In this document: one piece after another, positions 39,596-41,993 of the stretch | Layout: each line of letters begins with the position of its first letter | How positions within the stretch are numbered: the stretch's first letter is position 1 | Assembly (NCBI GenBank): GCA_027489835.1 | Contig: JAIXZF010000253.1 | Location: 1-41,993 of the forward strand | Origin: Hyphomicrobiales bacterium | Lineage (GTDB): Bacteria; Pseudomonadota; Alphaproteobacteria; Rhizobiales; Beijerinckiaceae | Direction: 5' to 3' | DNA length: 41,993 bases | Translations under genes and position numbers: made by a program | Notes under the pieces: model-generated | The model's database searches: none | What the model was told of the DNA's origin: nothing | The model's input: only the letters and a program-made list of their open reading frames with translations

Positions 39596-39808
39596 ATGAA
39601 CTGGACTCCTGAGGTTTGGGTCGCCTTCATCACCGTCGCGGGCGCCATCGTCACGGCCGCCTTCGCGCTGCTGAAGCCGACGAGCAAGGACGAGCCGACC
39701 AAGGCGCCCGTCATTCTCATGCGCTTCGACGCGGAGCACGTGCCCACGGCGCGCGCGCTCGACAACATCCAGCGCATCGCCGATGGTGTTGAAGAACGCC
39801 GACCGTGA
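39596..39808 (+). CDS. Small single-TM phage protein
   Basis: MNWTPEVWVAFITVAGAIVTAAFALLK...; last gene before the att region. Confidence 0.6.
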   Translation: MNWTPEVWVAFITVAGAIVTAAFALLKPTSKDEPTKAPVILMRFDAEHVPTARALDNIQRIADGVEERRP

Positions 39809-39918
39809 CCCCCGCGAGAGGTCTGGAACTGGGTTACATGGTGGGCAACATAAGAGAGGCATAGGCCTAAAGAATATCTATACATAACAAATACTTAGAT
39901 TTTTGCGAGCGTTCGATA

Positions 39919-39939
39919 CGAATCCCGCCCTGTCCGCCA
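39919..39939 (+). other. tRNA(-Ser-like) 3'-end fragment; probable att core marking the right prophage/island boundary
   Basis: CGAATCCCGCCCTGTCCGCCA = T-loop, acceptor arm and CCA without the rest of a tRNA; preceded by an AT-rich arm (39860-39905). Confidence 0.75.
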
Positions 39940-40469
39940 TTTGCCCCTGATTTCGTAAAACTGCGGCCTGCTGCGTTCGAAGACGGCCCGTCAGCTGATA
40001 ACCTGACCATTCAAGGCAATTTCCGGCGCTGGTCCAGTTACATCGCGATCTTGTTGATGCCGAGCAAGAGATCGCGCAGAGAAGCCGCAATCGGAAAGCC
40101 TTAGCCTCTGTCGCTGTGATGGGCGCGCAAGCGTCCTTCAATGAAGTCTGCCGGATCTGGCAGGAGTTCTCCTTTGCCCACGGCGCTGGGCAGGTGGACG
40201 CCGCCGGCCTGTTCAACGCCGGCCTCGACGGCGGCAAGTGCGGCGACAGGAGACTTTGCTCAGGCAAGCCCCGCTACGGCATCCGCTGGTGGGCTCTGCC
40301 GCCCGGGCAAACGAGGGTCACAGCAAAGTGTAGCGTCCGGTGGCTTCGCATATTGGCGGACTTCGCTATGTATCGGCGTCAGGAGTTGCAGACATTCGCG
40401 CCGTGTCCGTGGTTGGACCCCGCGGGGACCGCAGCCGTAGATGGCTTGCGCGACGAAGGAGGGACTGCA

Positions 40470-40970
40470 TTGATCCATGAACCTATGAGCCGTCGTGACT
40501 TTGTAACGATGGGCTTGGTCGCTGGCGGCGCTGCGCTGCTGACCAGAGCACCCGGCTTCATCTCGCCGGCCCGGGCGCAAGGCCTCCCTCCGACGCCGAC
40601 GATGCGGGGCGGCGCCAACAATTACATCCCCGGTGCGGCCATCGTTCCGCGCATCGGAAAGGGCGGCTTCTGGATGTCGGGCACTGTGCGGCGGGCTGGC
40701 GATGGCGCGCCGCTCGCCGGCATGCGTGTTCAGATCTGGGCGCACACCACCGAGGGACGCGAAGATGACCCGCATAGCCACGGAGCGACACTGACCGGTC
40801 CGGACGGCGTATTCCGGCTCGAGATGCCTCAGATCGTTCCGGCCTTCGGGCAGGCGCATGGGCATCTCGCCTTTGAAGGCGACGGCTTTAAGACCGTCTT
40901 CCTGCGTCCTGTCATGGCCAGTGCGCGCGATACGAGCCTCAGCGCCCACTTCGTGCTTCAACCGGTCTGA
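40470..40970 (+). CDS. Tat-exported intradiol dioxygenase-like protein
   Basis: SRRDFV twin-arginine signal; SGTVRRAGDGAPLAGMRVQIWAH...TGPDGVFRL...HGHL; AAGGAGG SD before TTG 40470. Confidence 0.75.
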   Translation: MIHEPMSRRDFVTMGLVAGGAALLTRAPGFISPARAQGLPPTPTMRGGANNYIPGAAIVPRIGKGGFWMSGTVRRAGDGAPLAGMRVQIWAHTTEGREDDPHSHGATLTGPDGVFRLEMPQIVPAFGQAHGHLAFEGDGFKTVFLRPVMASARDTSLSAHFVLQPV

Positions 40971-40975
40971 GCCGT

Positions 40976-41602
40976 ATGAAGTCATCGCGCGCGGCGCCCG
41001 TCCGCGCCGCCCTGGTCTGGGCCGGTCTGGCGACAGCTGTCGCGGCGCCGCTGGGCATCGCAGCGATGAGCCCGCTGCTGGCATGGCGTGATCCGGTGTA
41101 CATCGCGTCCGGCTTCGCCGGCATCCTGGCGCTCTGCCTTGTCCTGATGCAGCCATTGCTGGCGGGTGGACAGCTGCCGGGCCTGCCCGCGAAGCCTGGC
41201 CGGCTCATCCACCGCTGGGCGGGGGCCGGGCTGGTCGCCATGGTCGTCGCCCATGTCGCAGGGCTGTGGCTGACGAGCGCTCCCGACGTCATCGACGCGC
41301 TGCTCTTTCAATCGCCGACACCGTTCTCCGTCTGGGGCGTTGTCGCCATGTGGGCCGTCTTCGCAGCCGCCTTGCTGGCGATCCTGCGAGGTCCCCTGCG
41401 CATCCGTCCGAGAATCTGGCGCCTCGGCCATTCGGGCCTGGCGGTGTCGATCGCGGTGGGCAGCGTGATTCACGCGATGCTGGTCGACGGCGCGATGGGG
41501 CAATGGTCCAAGGCGGCGCTCTGCCTGCTTGTGCTCGCTGCCCTGATCAAGGTTCTGGCCGATCTGCGCACATGGAAGCTCATCAGGCGGCCCAATGCGT
41601 GA
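40976..41602 (+). CDS. Ferric reductase-like transmembrane (heme b) protein
   Basis: About six TM helices with spaced His (IHRW...VAHV; LGHS...VIHA). Confidence 0.8.
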   Translation: MKSSRAAPVRAALVWAGLATAVAAPLGIAAMSPLLAWRDPVYIASGFAGILALCLVLMQPLLAGGQLPGLPAKPGRLIHRWAGAGLVAMVVAHVAGLWLTSAPDVIDALLFQSPTPFSVWGVVAMWAVFAAALLAILRGPLRIRPRIWRLGHSGLAVSIAVGSVIHAMLVDGAMGQWSKAALCLLVLAALIKVLADLRTWKLIRRPNA

Positions 41603-41820
41603 ACCAGCGCTTCGCTGCGGGCGACACCTGCGATAGAAGACGCGGCCGGCAGCTTGGCAATCCGGCCAAGGCTGGCCGCCATCGCCGCAACTCGGCAGCC
41701 GGCACGGCCCCGACGCCAACCTGCGAACCGACATGCGGGCAACCAACGCGGCGCGTTGTGGTTCAGTGGTCGAACGGTGCAGCCGGCTTTACGGGTGCCG
41801 CTCTCATATCTGAGGATTCC

Positions 41821-41993
41821 ATGCCGTCGATCGTCTCCGTCCGTAATCTGAGGAAGACCTATACCTCCGGCTTCGAGGCGCTGAAGTCCGTCAATCTGGA
41901 CATCGAGGAAGGCGAGATCATCGCGCTGCTCGGCCCGAACGGCGCCGGCAAGACGACGCTGATCTCCACCATCTGCGGGATCGTGCAGCCGAG
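41821..41993 (+). CDS. ABC transporter ATP-binding protein (partial, runs off the window)
   Basis: [14 protein letters not shown]...[15 protein letters not shown] Walker A; GAGG SD. Confidence 0.9.
   Translation, partial: MPSIVSVRNLRKTYTSGFEALKSVNLDIEEGEIIALLGPNGAGKTTLISTICGIVQP

Noticed and set aside
39900-39945. Complete tRNA gene
   Set aside because: Only the T-loop and acceptor 3' strand are present; no D or anticodon arm.
40116-40469. N-terminal extension of ORF 40116-40970, including a DUF1801-like stretch (FSFAHGAGQVDAAGLFNAGLDG)
   Set aside because: The SD and Tat signal place the real start near 40470; the upstream stretch is at most a short gene remnant.

Overview
High-GC, alphaproteobacterial-looking accessory region with a nested structure. 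Outer layer: two decayed prophage arms. The left arm (1-4824, minus) is a 5'-truncated giant PLxRFG polyvalent protein. The right arm (~31913-39810, plus) has early genes, a cytosine methylase and a lysis cassette, and ends at a tRNA-Ser 3'-fragment att site (~39919-39939). Between the arms are IS3-family pieces that rejoin across 26 kb: one IS sits in another with a 4-bp GTTT duplication. The inner IS is split by a ~25.9-kb large-serine-recombinase element (~5482-31371). That element carries a complete type I-C CRISPR-Cas system (cas3, cas5, cas8c, cas7, cas4, cas1, cas2, plus 70 repeats), an RTX/self-processing-module protein with an upstream lipoprotein, and a ParB-methylase/DUF5681 pair. 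The most notable signal is in the cas3-cas5 gap: a promoter, a 33-aa membrane-peptide ORF absent from the ORF track, and a degenerate mini-CRISPR. Its spacer matches 15/17 nt of the DNA beside that promoter's -35 box, next to a TTC PAM. This is a candidate Cascade-repressed toxin/antitoxin (CreTA/CrePA-like) or cas autoregulation module. Host genes resume after ~40470. All calls come from reading the sequence by hand; no database searches were run.
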